Source: an uncultured beta proteobacterium
Lineage (GTDB): Bacteria > Pseudomonadota > Gammaproteobacteria > Burkholderiales > Casimicrobiaceae
Assembly (NCBI GenBank): GCA_963701885.1
Contig: CAVPBR010000009.1
Span: forward strand, 60,507 to 124,506
Reading direction: 5' to 3'
Length of the DNA: 64,000 nt
The notes beneath the pieces were generated by a model. The model was not told the DNA's origin. It ran no database searches and saw nothing but the letters and a program-made list of their open reading frames with translations. Numbering within the stretch: the first letter of the stretch is position 1; each line of letters opens with the position of its first letter. The position numbers were made by a program, and so were the translations under genes. Positions 11,816 to 20,433 of the stretch are shown here, one piece after another.

Positions 11816-12911
11816 GCTCGGGATACATGTGGATGAGCGCCTGCGCGTCGCGCGCGGGGCCCCGCTCGGTCAGGTAGCCGCCGACGAGGTGCGCAGGCGT
11901 CACGTCGAAGGAGAAATTGACCGCATGCGTTCCTGCCGGTGCCAGTGCGACGGTCGTGATGTCGCCGTCGGCGTTGCGGCCGGTCATGTTCAGCACCTCG
12001 CCCGAGGACCGCGACTCGATCGGTATCGCGGCGCCGGAGGCGAGGCTCCAGTCGATCGTGGGGGACGGAAGCGCCACATGGAACGGCACACCGTTGGCAT
12101 AAGCCGCGAGGGCCTTGCCGTAGGTGCCGATCTTGTTGCAGACGTCGCCGCTGCGGGCGACACGGTCGGCACCGACCAGCACGAGGTCGACATCGCCGCG
12201 CTGCATCAGCGTTCCGCTTGCGCCGTCAACGAACAGTGTGCAGGGAATGCCGCGCTGGGCGAGCTCCCAGGTCGTCAGGCTCGCACCCTGCATGCGCGGG
12301 CGGGTCTCGCTCACCCACACGTGCAGCGGCAGGCCTTCGGCGTGGGCGAGGAACAGCGGTGCGGTTGCGGTACCCCAGCCGCAGGTCGCAAGCGCTCCCG
12401 CGTTGCAGTGCGTCATCACGTTGACCGGCCCGGGGCGCCGGCCGGCGAGGTCGCGCAGCAACTCGAGCCCGTGGACGCCGATCGCATGGTTGATCGCGAT
12501 ATCCTCGGCGCCGATGGCGTCGGCCTCGGCCCACGCCGCATCGGCCCGCGCATCGATCGGCAGCGCCGTGACCGCGTTGCGAACGCGATCCAATGCCCAG
12601 CGCAGGTTGACCGCGGTCGGCCGCGTCGCGTCGAGTAGAGCGTGCGCGCGCGCCAATTCGCGGTCGCTGGGGTCGGCGTTCAGGGCGAGCGCCAATCCGT
12701 ACGCGCCGACCGCTCCGATCAGTGGCGCCCCGCGCACCAGCATGTCGCGGATCGCGCGGACCGCGGTCTCGAGGTCGGCGATCGTGACCGTGACTACGGC
12801 GTGTGGCAGCGCCCGCTGGTCGAGCACCTCAATGTGCCGTGCTCCGTGCGGCCTCAGCAGTGCGCGGTAGGTCGAGCAGTCTTCGATCGAATCGGGAAGG
12901 GCGACGGACAT
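11796..12911 (-). CDS. mtnA: S-methyl-5-thioribose-1-phosphate isomerase
   Basis: LDQRALP, MLVRGAPLIG, TRPTAVNL, THCNAGALAT, ETRP, VGADR, NKIGTY, FDVTP. Confidence 0.95.
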   Translation of the reverse strand: MSVALPDSIEDCSTYRALLRPHGARHIEVLDQRALPHAVVTVTIADLETAVRAIRDMLVRGAPLIGAVGAYGLALALNADPSDRELARAHALLDATRPTAVNLRWALDRVRNAVTALPIDARADAAWAEADAIGAEDIAINHAIGVHGLELLRDLAGRRPGPVNVMTHCNAGALATCGWGTATAPLFLAHAEGLPLHVWVSETRPRMQGASLTTWELAQRGIPCTLFVDGASGTLMQRGDVDLVLVGADRVARSGDVCNKIGTYGKALAAYANGVPFHVALPSPTIDWSLASGAAIPIESRSSGEVLNMTGRNADGDITTVALAPAGTHAVNFSFDVTPAHLVGGYLTERGPARDAQALIHMYPEHADGRR

Positions 12912-13082
12912 CGGACCGCTCGAACGGGTCTGCTCAATGCAGTCGCACGCTGGCTCGCGTGCGTTTAGTTTGACAACGCCGGTTCGCGCTTCATGCGTAT
13001 TCGCGAACGGCGGCCGTGCGCGGACGATTGCCAGCACCTCGGAACGCGCGCAGCCATGGTGCGTAGTGAATGGCGCAGGCAC

Positions 13083-13412
13083 TCAGGCGCGCGCGAGAAC
13101 GCACGTCACGAGTTGATTGAGTGACACCCCTTCCTGCTTCGCCTTGCGCGACAACCGCGCGTGCACCGAACGAGGAACACGTACGACGAACTTGCCGCTG
13201 TAACGATCGAGGGGCTCGGACACCGAAGGTACGGGCACCTCACGGCCGGCCGCCTGCGCGGCCTCGAGCCACGCAACGATGGCGCGCTGGGCCTCGCGGA
13301 CTGCACTGGCTTCAGTCTTGCCCCACGCCGAGCAGCCGGGGAGATCGGGTGCCTCGGCGATGAAGCCTTTGTCTTCCTCGCTCCAGAATACTTCCAGCGG
13401 ATAATGGGTCAT
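13083..13412 (-). CDS. hicB: HicB-family antitoxin
   Basis: FIAEAPDLPGCSAWG and C-terminal RHH YSGKFVVRVPRSVHARL...EGVSLNQL. Confidence 0.92.
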   Translation of the reverse strand: MTHYPLEVFWSEEDKGFIAEAPDLPGCSAWGKTEASAVREAQRAIVAWLEAAQAAGREVPVPSVSEPLDRYSGKFVVRVPRSVHARLSRKAKQEGVSLNQLVTCVLARA

Positions 13413-13657
13413 CGCTTCTCTCCGAACTTCTCGATCATCGCAATGAGCTGGCGCGCCTGGTAAGGTGGAATGCAGCCATCGCGGTTTTGGAAATTGAGGA
13501 GCATTGGCTCGCCGAGCCGCGCAAAGGCCCGATGCGAACCCGCGCCGCCCTTGTGCACGAAGCCCAGCGCCTCGGCCGCCTTGCAGGCATCGGAGAACCG
13601 CACGTCTTTCGGATTTGCCGCAATGGTGTCAAAGAGCTTGCCAGCTTTGCTCACCAT
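13409..13657 (-). CDS. hicA: HicA-family toxin
   Basis: NPKDVRFSD...LGF...GSHRAF...LNFQ...YQARQL; 4-bp overlap with hicB. True start may be GTG at 13654. Confidence 0.9.
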   Translation of the reverse strand: MVSKAGKLFDTIAANPKDVRFSDACKAAEALGFVHKGGAGSHRAFARLGEPMLLNFQNRDGCIPPYQARQLIAMIEKFGEKR

Positions 13658-13660
13658 CGT

Positions 13661-13681
13661 ATGATACCACAGATAGTATTA
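13661..13681 (-). promoter_or_regulatory. hicAB extended -10 promoter with imperfect operator palindrome
   Basis: Minus strand TG-G-TATCAT (13669-13661); imperfect inverted repeat TGATAC-N8-GTATTA (13662-13681). Confidence 0.5.
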
Positions 13682-13683
13682 CT

Positions 13684-13966
13684 CTACTCCGCGATCCAGA
13701 CCAGCGTGTGTGCGATGCCGTGTTGCGCGAGCTCCCACGCAGTGAGGCTCGCGCCCGCATGCGTGGGCGGCTCTCGCTCACCCACACGTGCAGTGGCAGG
13801 CCCTGCGCGTGGGCGAGGAAGAGCGGTGCCGTTGCGGTGCCCCAGCCGCAGGTGCGAGGGCGCCCGCATTGCAGTGAGTCATCACATTGATCGGCCAGGG
13901 CCGTCGAGGGGAAACCTTCCGCAGCAGCGCGCGGTAGGCCCGGTAGTCGTCGATCGTGTTGCTCAC
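13684..13966 (-). pseudogene. mtnA: Decayed, internally deleted second copy of mtnA
   Basis: Translates across two 1-bp deletions as ...YRALLR/..RRPWPINVMTHCNAGALA/CGWGTATAPLFLAHAQGLPLHVWVSESRPRM/GASLTAWELAQHGI, colinear with intact mtnA at about 12240-12430. Confidence 0.9.
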
Positions 13967-13984
13967 GGCGAAGGTTTCGTAGTG

Positions 13985-14007
13985 GCGTATATCATGGTAA
14001 TATACGC
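13985..14007 (+). promoter_or_regulatory. brnT promoter/operator palindrome
   Basis: Perfect GCGTATAT-N7-ATATACGC overlapping TG-G-TAATAT (13995-14003), with ATG at 14010. Confidence 0.6.
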
Positions 14008-14009
14008 GT

Positions 14010-14309
14010 ATGTCCGATCTGGATTCCGTGATCGCCTTCCAATGGGATCAGGGCAATGGTCGAAAGAACGAAAAGCATGGCGTGTCGCAAAGCGAAGCGG
14101 AGCAAGCCTTCTTCGACCCTCGGCTGTTGATTGCCGCGGATGCGAGCCACTCCGCGGGCGAATCGCGATGCCACGCGCTGGGCAGAACCATCGCCGGTCG
14201 ACTGTTGCACATAACATTCACCCTGCGGGAGCAGAAAACGTACATCCGGATCATTTCGGCGCGTCCGATGCATCGCAAGGAAAGAACGTTCTATGAGCAC
14301 CAAGACTAG
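14010..14309 (+). CDS. brnT: BrnT-family ribonuclease toxin (DUF497)
   Basis: FQWDQGNGRKNEKHGVS...E.R...LG...TLR...IRIISAR.M...ER..Y. Confidence 0.92.
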   Translation: MSDLDSVIAFQWDQGNGRKNEKHGVSQSEAEQAFFDPRLLIAADASHSAGESRCHALGRTIAGRLLHITFTLREQKTYIRIISARPMHRKERTFYEHQD

Positions 14310-14553
14310 ATTGCCGCGCTTCCGTTCCGAGGCGGCAGAGCGCGCGTTCTGGGAAACGCACGATAGCACCCCGCTGGTGGACTGGTCCAAGGCGAAGCGC
14401 GCTCGCTTGCCGAATCTCAAGCCATCGACACAGAGCATCTCGTTGCGGCTGCCGGTCCACGTACTGGAGCGCATTAAAGCGGCGGCGAACGTGCGGGACG
14501 TGCCCTACCAATCGCTGATCAAAGTCTGGCTGGAGGAGAAGCTCACCCCGTAG
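14293..14553 (+). CDS. BrnA/CopG-type antitoxin
   Basis: PRFRSEAAERAFWETHDS...NLKPSTQSISLRLP...DVPYQSLIKVWL; overlaps brnT. Confidence 0.88.
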   Translation: MSTKTRLPRFRSEAAERAFWETHDSTPLVDWSKAKRARLPNLKPSTQSISLRLPVHVLERIKAAANVRDVPYQSLIKVWLEEKLTP

Positions 14554-14611
14554 TCGGTCGCGGGTGATGCGCTTGCCATTCGGCTGCGCCGGACTCGCGA
14601 GGGCCTTCAAC

Positions 14612-15499
14612 ATGAACGACGAGCCGTTCTTCCCCGGATTCACCACGCTTCGCATCGGCACCTCGGAAACCGAGATACGTTGTGTCGTCGGCGGCGAGGG
14701 GCCACCGGTGTTGCTGCTCCACGGCTATCCGCAAACGCACGTGATGTGGCATCGCGTGGCGCCGGCCCTTGCTCGCCACTACCGCGTCGTGTGTGCGGAC
14801 CTGCGCGGCTACGGCGATTCAGGCAAGCCGGCGTCGGGTCCGCCGCATACCGCCTATTCGAAGCGTGCAATGGCTAATGACATGGTCGAGCTGATGCGCG
14901 ATCTGGGTCACTCGCGCTTTCGCCTGGTCGGGCACGATCGCGGTGGCCGCGTTTCGCACCGGCTATGCCTCGACCATCCGGATGCGGTGTCGCAGCTCGC
15001 GCTGCTCGACATCTCGCCGACCGCGACGATGTACGCGAAATCCGACAGAGCATTCGCGACGGCGTACTACCACTGGTACTTTCTGATCCAGCCTTTCGAC
15101 CTTCCGGAGCGGCTGATCGGCGCCGATCCGGTCTACTACCTGCACCGCAAGCTCGGCGGATGGGGTACCGGGCTCGCGCACTTCGATCCGAAGGCGCTGG
15201 CCGAATACGAGCGCTGCTTCGCCAATCCCGAGACCATCCACGCGAGTTGCGAGGACTACCGCGCCGCCGCATCGATTGACCTCGAGCACGACCGCGAGAG
15301 TGCGAAGAAACGAATGGAATGTCCGGTGCTCGTGCTGTGGGGCGAGCGCGGGGTGGTTCAGCGCCTGTTCAAGCCGCTCGAGGATTGGCGGGCAGTGGCC
15401 CATGACGTGCGTGGTCATGCGCTGCCCAGCGGACACTACCTCGCGGAGGAAGTGCCCGAGGCAACGCTCGCCGAGCTGACGGCGTTCTTCGCGTCCTAG
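14612..15499 (+). CDS. Haloacetate (fluoroacetate) dehalogenase-like alpha/beta hydrolase
   Basis: LLLHGYPQTHVMWH, GHDRGGR, LLDI, YYHWYF, CEDYRAAA, GHYLAEE. Confidence 0.85.
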   Translation: MNDEPFFPGFTTLRIGTSETEIRCVVGGEGPPVLLLHGYPQTHVMWHRVAPALARHYRVVCADLRGYGDSGKPASGPPHTAYSKRAMANDMVELMRDLGHSRFRLVGHDRGGRVSHRLCLDHPDAVSQLALLDISPTATMYAKSDRAFATAYYHWYFLIQPFDLPERLIGADPVYYLHRKLGGWGTGLAHFDPKALAEYERCFANPETIHASCEDYRAAASIDLEHDRESAKKRMECPVLVLWGERGVVQRLFKPLEDWRAVAHDVRGHALPSGHYLAEEVPEATLAELTAFFAS

Positions 15500-15541
15500 C
15501 CGTCGGCGGACCCTGCGGGGCGCGCAATCCGCGACCGGCCC

Positions 15542-15835
15542 TTACTTCAGCTTCGCGAGGATCGCGGCCATGTCCTTCTTCGAGAAGGCGCGCAGAGTCT
15601 GGGTGCGGATATGCCCGTTCAGACCGGCGTTGAGGCACACGGCGGTCATTGTCTCGTCGTCGGGCGCATCGAACTCGATGACGAGATCGTAGCGACCAAC
15701 GGTCCAATGGATGTTCTTCATTGTCGCGCCCAATTTCTTGGTCGCTTCCATCGCAGCTTCGGCACGCTTGACGGTGTCCTTGACGTTGCGTATTCCCTGG
15801 TCGGTGAAGCTCGCGAGAACGATGTATGTCGCCAT
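15542..15835 (-). CDS. GYD-domain protein
   Basis: MATYIVLASFTDQGIRNVK...WTVGRYD...RTQTLRAF. Confidence 0.85.
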   Translation of the reverse strand: MATYIVLASFTDQGIRNVKDTVKRAEAAMEATKKLGATMKNIHWTVGRYDLVIEFDAPDDETMTAVCLNAGLNGHIRTQTLRAFSKKDMAAILAKLK

Positions 15836-15944
15836 GCTGATCCCTCCTGGTGGCAACTGCACGTGGGGCTCGAGTGAACGGGGGCTGCTATAATCGCGAC
15901 CGGCCGGCGCTGACGTATCAAGTGTCGGCCGTTATAGTTCATCA

Positions 15945-16020
<76 letters not shown>

Positions 16021-16130
16021 ATTCCCCGATCCAACTGACCAAGCATACTCTGGCGCGCCGCCGGTGCGTGAAACCAGGGCCTGGCGTCACTGGCACGCGG
16101 CCGGATCGCGGATTGGCCCGGTATTCGGCG

Positions 16131-16526
16131 TCAGATCGCGACCACCGGGGGAGCGGTTGAATGGTCGCGGCTCGCGCGCCGCACGAAATGCGCATCGAAG
16201 GTGACGAAGTCGTCGCAGCCCGCGGCCAGTGCGTGATGAAGCGCGTCGGCAAAATCCCAGCCCTGCCGCAATCGGCCTGCGGCCGCGATTACCGCCTCCT
16301 GCTCGCCCACGATGGCATTTTCCAGGATGGCGAGCTTTGCGATCGCGTCCGCGATCGCCCTGGGTGATAGCCCGTATCGGGAGCGGAGCACCCACTCGAG
16401 CTCAAGGACGACCGTCACCGGAACGTACACCGGTTGGCCGTGAAGGCACGCCGCGGCGCGCCGTCCCTGCGCGGCGTAGTCCCGAATCAGCGCGCGCACC
16501 AGCACGTTGGTGTCCACCGCACGCAT
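16131..16526 (-). CDS. vapC: VapC PIN-domain toxin
   Basis: MRAVDTNVLVR, VVLELEWVL, DFADALH, FVTFD. Confidence 0.93.
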   Translation of the reverse strand: MRAVDTNVLVRALIRDYAAQGRRAAACLHGQPVYVPVTVVLELEWVLRSRYGLSPRAIADAIAKLAILENAIVGEQEAVIAAAGRLRQGWDFADALHHALAAGCDDFVTFDAHFVRRASRDHSTAPPVVAI

Positions 16527-16530
16527 GCAG

Positions 16531-16767
16531 TCAGCCTTTGTAGTCCGTGACCCGCATGTGCTTCACGGCCACCCGCCGGCCGGAATAATCGATGGCGGCC
16601 TGGATGTCGGAGAGCTTTGCCCTGCTGCCGGGCGGCGCCGGCGTGATGAGGGCAGCTTTGCCCTGAATCCGGATATCGACGCGCATTCCGGGCTTCAGTC
16701 CGAGCGCCTTTCGGACGCTGATTGGAATCACGACCTGCCCCTTGGTCGAAACCAGCACTGCACTCAT
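16531..16767 (-). CDS. AbrB/SpoVT-type antitoxin (VapB)
   Basis: VSTKGQVVIPISVRKALGLKPG; directly upstream of vapC. Confidence 0.9.
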   Translation of the reverse strand: MSAVLVSTKGQVVIPISVRKALGLKPGMRVDIRIQGKAALITPAPPGSRAKLSDIQAAIDYSGRRVAVKHMRVTDYKG

Positions 16768-16904
16768 CGCTCATCCCGCGAGTTTTACCAGGTGGGTATT
16801 CTACCTCCGGAAGCGCATGGTGCTCCTGCCGCTCTGTGCATCTGCAGATGAGCTACGAGCAACTCGGCGGGGAACGGGCCGAACGATCCGGCGCCGCATT
16901 CGCG

Positions 16905-17545
16905 TCAGAACTTGGTACGGATACCCGCGGTGACGCCCTTCGGCAGGATCGAAACGAAGAACGGCTCGGCGCGGGTGGTCGCGTAATAGCCGAAAGCCGC
17001 TGCCGATGGCCCAGCCGGCCAGCACGTCGGTCTGCCAATGGGCGCGCGCCTTCATCCGGGCGATCGCCGTCGTAAAGCGGCAGCACCTCGAGTGCCCAGA
17101 CCCACGGGTGTTCGGCGTGGTAGTTGACGATGATCGGCGTGACGAAGCTCGCCTGCAGCGTGACTTCGCCGCTCGGGAAGCTCTGGCAGCAGCTCCCCTT
17201 GAACCATTCGTTCGGATTGTCGGTCTGGCCGGGGCGCTCGCGGCCGAAAGCGTATTTGGCGACCTGCGCGGTAATGCTGCTTGCGACCGAGGCGTCGACG
17301 GTCTGCCACAGCGTGCGGCCGAACGGGTCGTCAGCACCCAGCCACAGCGCGCCACCCAGCTCGACGGCGATGACGCCGACTTCGAGCGCCTGCTGATCGC
17401 GTCGTGCCCAAATCCCCGAATCGTCGAAGCCGATCCGGTGATCGATGCCGAGCGGGCCACCACCTGCAATTGCACTTGGCCCGCTCGCCGTCAGCACGGC
17501 TCCGCCCAGCATGGCCGCGATCCAGGAAACGCCACAGGTCTTCAT
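16905..17545 (-). CDS. PAP2-superfamily phosphatase (two apparent +1 frameshifts near 17070 and 16995)
   Basis: Signal peptide; C1 KYAFGRERP, C2 SFPSGE, C3 ARMKARAHWQTDV in the next frame; C-terminus GYYATTRAEPFFVSILPKG in a third frame. Confidence 0.8.
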
Positions 17546-17635
17546 CGCAGGCTCCGCGTCGACCCGATGGCGTACAACTCTAGTCGCTGCCTGTTGCGAA
17601 CGCAACGCGACAGCGCGCCAGTGTAGGCTTGCGCC

Positions 17636-19345
17636 ATGGAAAGCCTCACCGCGTACGTTCTCACCCTGCGATTCGCCCTCGCCGCGTGGCTGTTTTGCGC
17701 ATGTCCGGCGCACGCGGCAGCGCCCCCGCGCATCCCGACGACGCCCATCGAGCACCTGATCGTCATCGTCGGCGAGAACATGAGCTTCGACAACCTGTTC
17801 GCGACTTACGTACCCCCTCCGGGCGAATCGGTCGCGAACCTGCGCTCGCGCGGCATTGTGGATCGCGACGGCAATCCCGGGCCGAAATTCGCCGAGGCCG
17901 CGCAGCGCATCGGCGCCTCGAGCGGCCGGTACTCGGTGACGCCCGCGACGACGGGTGCGTATCCGACCCTGCCACGGCCGGGAACAACCTACGCGACCGG
18001 CCTGCCACGTTCGCAACCGGATACCCGTTTTCCGGCCGACCTTCCCAATGGCCCGTACCGCATCACGCGCTACGTTTCGTACACGGCGCCGGTAGGTGAT
18101 CCGGTGCATCGGTTCTACCAGATGTGGCAGCAGTTCGATGGCGGGCGCCACGACCTCTTTGCCTGGGTCGCCGAGACGTCCGGATACGGCGCACGCGTAC
18201 GCGGCGATCCGTCGTTGCCGACGGGCCAGGGCGGGGTCGCGATGGGCTTCTACAGCATGGCCAACGGCGACGCAGCCTATTTCCAGGAGCTCGCGCGAAC
18301 CTACGCGATTGCCGACAATGATCACCAGCCGCTGATGGGCGGCACGGGGGCTAACTACTTTGCGCTCGCTAGCGGCGACGTCGGCGTCTATCTTGCGGAC
18401 GGCAATCCCGCGAAGCCTCCGGCAAGCCAGGTCGATGATCCCGAGCCAGTCGACGGCAGCGCCAACTGGTATCGCCGGCAGAGCACCTACACCGGCTGCG
18501 CCGACGACACCCAGCCCGGAGTCCGGGCGATTCGCGACTATCTCGCGAGCCTTCCGTACAAAACCTGGAACGGGGGCAATTGCGCGCTTGGCGCGTACTA
18601 CCTGATCAACAACCGCGAGCCCGGCCATTTCCCGGACGGAACGCCGCGCAAGCTCGGGTCCCACAGCCGCGCGCTGCCGCCTCAGGTCGCGCCGAACGTC
18701 GGGACGCTGCTCGCGGCCGCGAACGTCTCGTGGAAGTGGTACAGCGGCGGACGCACCGAAACGGGAACCGACTCGAAGCGCTATTGCGCGATCTGTGATC
18801 CGCTGGTGCATTCGACCGCGGTGATGACGAGCGACCTCAGGCAGAACCTGGTGGGGCTCGATGCGTTCTACCGCGACCTGCGCGACGCAAAGACTTTTCC
18901 CGCGGTAGCGGTCCTCGTTCCTCCGAACCAGGAATCGGGGCACCCCGCTAATTCGACGCTGGCGGCCTTCGAGCAATTCGTCCGCGACGTCGTCGCCCGA
19001 GTGCAGGCCGATCCCGAGCTATGGTCGAAGAGTGCAATCCTGATCACCACCGACGAGAGCGGCGGCTATTACGACAGCGGCTACGCGCAGATCCTCGATT
19101 ATTTCGGTGACGGGACGCGGATCCCGTTGATCGCGGTGTCGCCGTTCGCGCGCAAGGGCCATGTCGACCACACCTACTACGATCACGCCTCGATCCTGAA
19201 ATTCATCGAGCGCAACTGGCACCTCGGAACGCTGTCGGCGCGCAGCCGCGACAACCTGCCGAACCCTCTGATGAAAGGACCAGACCCCTACGTGCCGGCG
19301 AATCGACCTGCGATCGGCGACCTGATGGGGCTGTTCAGGTTCTGA
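17636..19345 (+). CDS. Secreted phosphoesterase (phospholipase C / AcpA family)
   Basis: Signal peptide; PIEHLIVIVGENMSFDNLF, MGGTGAN, GHP, DESGGYYD, GTRIPLIAVSPFA, YDHASILKFIERNW. Confidence 0.9.
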   Translation: MESLTAYVLTLRFALAAWLFCACPAHAAAPPRIPTTPIEHLIVIVGENMSFDNLFATYVPPPGESVANLRSRGIVDRDGNPGPKFAEAAQRIGASSGRYSVTPATTGAYPTLPRPGTTYATGLPRSQPDTRFPADLPNGPYRITRYVSYTAPVGDPVHRFYQMWQQFDGGRHDLFAWVAETSGYGARVRGDPSLPTGQGGVAMGFYSMANGDAAYFQELARTYAIADNDHQPLMGGTGANYFALASGDVGVYLADGNPAKPPASQVDDPEPVDGSANWYRRQSTYTGCADDTQPGVRAIRDYLASLPYKTWNGGNCALGAYYLINNREPGHFPDGTPRKLGSHSRALPPQVAPNVGTLLAAANVSWKWYSGGRTETGTDSKRYCAICDPLVHSTAVMTSDLRQNLVGLDAFYRDLRDAKTFPAVAVLVPPNQESGHPANSTLAAFEQFVRDVVARVQADPELWSKSAILITTDESGGYYDSGYAQILDYFGDGTRIPLIAVSPFARKGHVDHTYYDHASILKFIERNWHLGTLSARSRDNLPNPLMKGPDPYVPANRPAIGDLMGLFRF

Positions 19346-19365
19346 GGTGGCCACCCGCCGCGGCG

Positions 19366-19812
19366 TCAGCGGCCCATCTCGACGTGTTCCCACGCCGAGT
19401 CGCCCTTGCGGTAGAGCTTGGAGTGGTGCTTGCGCAAGGTTGCGACCTCGTTTACGACGGCCAGTGGAAACCCCTGGCGCCCACCACGCTTGTCGATCAT
19501 GAGTTCGTCGAGCAGACGCTCGCAGCGCGCCTGATCTTTCCACACCCGAGCCAGGCGGTTCGCAAGGCGCGCGTAGCGCAGTGCGAGCTGCTTGGGCCGG
19601 ACCGTTTCGGGCAGTCCCGCCACCCACGCTACCGCCTCGTTACTCAGCGCTTCCGGGCCGCTGGCGTGGCGCTTTTCATCCCAGTTCTCGGTCTTACCCT
19701 TGGCCGCGTACTCGACCGCGCCCGCCTCCTCCAATACCTTGCGCGCGTCGGTGAGCGAGACCTTCTCGAACTCGAGCGAACCTGGATCGGTGGGCTTCGT
19801 GGAGCCTGGCAT
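19366..19812 (-). CDS. Hypothetical protein (conserved-looking betaproteobacterial family)
   Basis: GGAG RBS; motif RYARLANRLARVW...LLDELMIDKRGGRQGFP. Confidence 0.7.
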   Translation of the reverse strand: MPGSTKPTDPGSLEFEKVSLTDARKVLEEAGAVEYAAKGKTENWDEKRHASGPEALSNEAVAWVAGLPETVRPKQLALRYARLANRLARVWKDQARCERLLDELMIDKRGGRQGFPLAVVNEVATLRKHHSKLYRKGDSAWEHVEMGR

Positions 19813-19917
19813 TGGCGCTCCCTGGTGGTCGATCGATGGCGGCAGTATACCGACGCCGACGACGCTGCGAACGCGGGGCGACCCGCGTCGGGGACCCGGC
19901 GACGGGCGGCGCCCGAT

Positions 19918-19947
19918 AAAAAAGGGCCGGGCATGCGCCCGGCCTTC
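19918..19947 (-). terminator. Rho-independent terminator of the cold-shock gene
   Basis: Minus strand GGCCGGGC-GCAT-GCCCGGCC followed by CTTTTTT. Confidence 0.8.
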
Positions 19948-19969
19948 TCCAACAGACGAATTCAGTAAG

Positions 19970-20173
19970 TCAGACCGCCTGGATGTTCGACGCTTGCTTT
20001 CCCTTCGGGCCCTGGGTCACTTCGAAGCTGACCTTCTGGCCTTCCTTAAGCGTCTTGAAGCCCTGCATGTTGATCGCCGAGAAGTGAGCAAACAGGTCCT
20101 CACCACCGCCATCGGGAGTGATGAAGCCAAAGCCCTTCGCGTCGTTGAACCACTTAACAGTTCCGGTTGCCAT
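19970..20173 (-). CDS. Cold-shock protein (CspA family)
   Basis: [21 protein letters not shown]...DLFAHFSAI; GAGG RBS and long upstream leader. Confidence 0.97.
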   Translation of the reverse strand: MATGTVKWFNDAKGFGFITPDGGGEDLFAHFSAINMQGFKTLKEGQKVSFEVTQGPKGKQASNIQAV

Positions 20174-20433
20174 TTCTGTTAATTCCTCAAGTACGAGAGT
20201 TAAACGGGACGTTGCCCGGACGATGTTTCGATCTCAAGGAAAGTACGGCGGTCGAACGACTGCGTGGCGGTCGTACAGAGCATGCCTTTACTGCCTGGAA
20301 CAAAACACGGCGGGCACTATACGGGAAAACCCGTAAAAAAGCGATGGGTTTCGCACCGGGCTGCGCCGGGGGTGCCGCCGGATCCCGCGCCCGGCGCGCG
20401 ATTCCGGATCAGACCCGTCCGGCGGGGGGTCTC

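Noticed and set aside
16853-18976. 707-aa minus-strand ORF
   Set aside because: Mostly the antisense shadow of the phosphoesterase; only the part from 17545 down is the real PAP2 gene.
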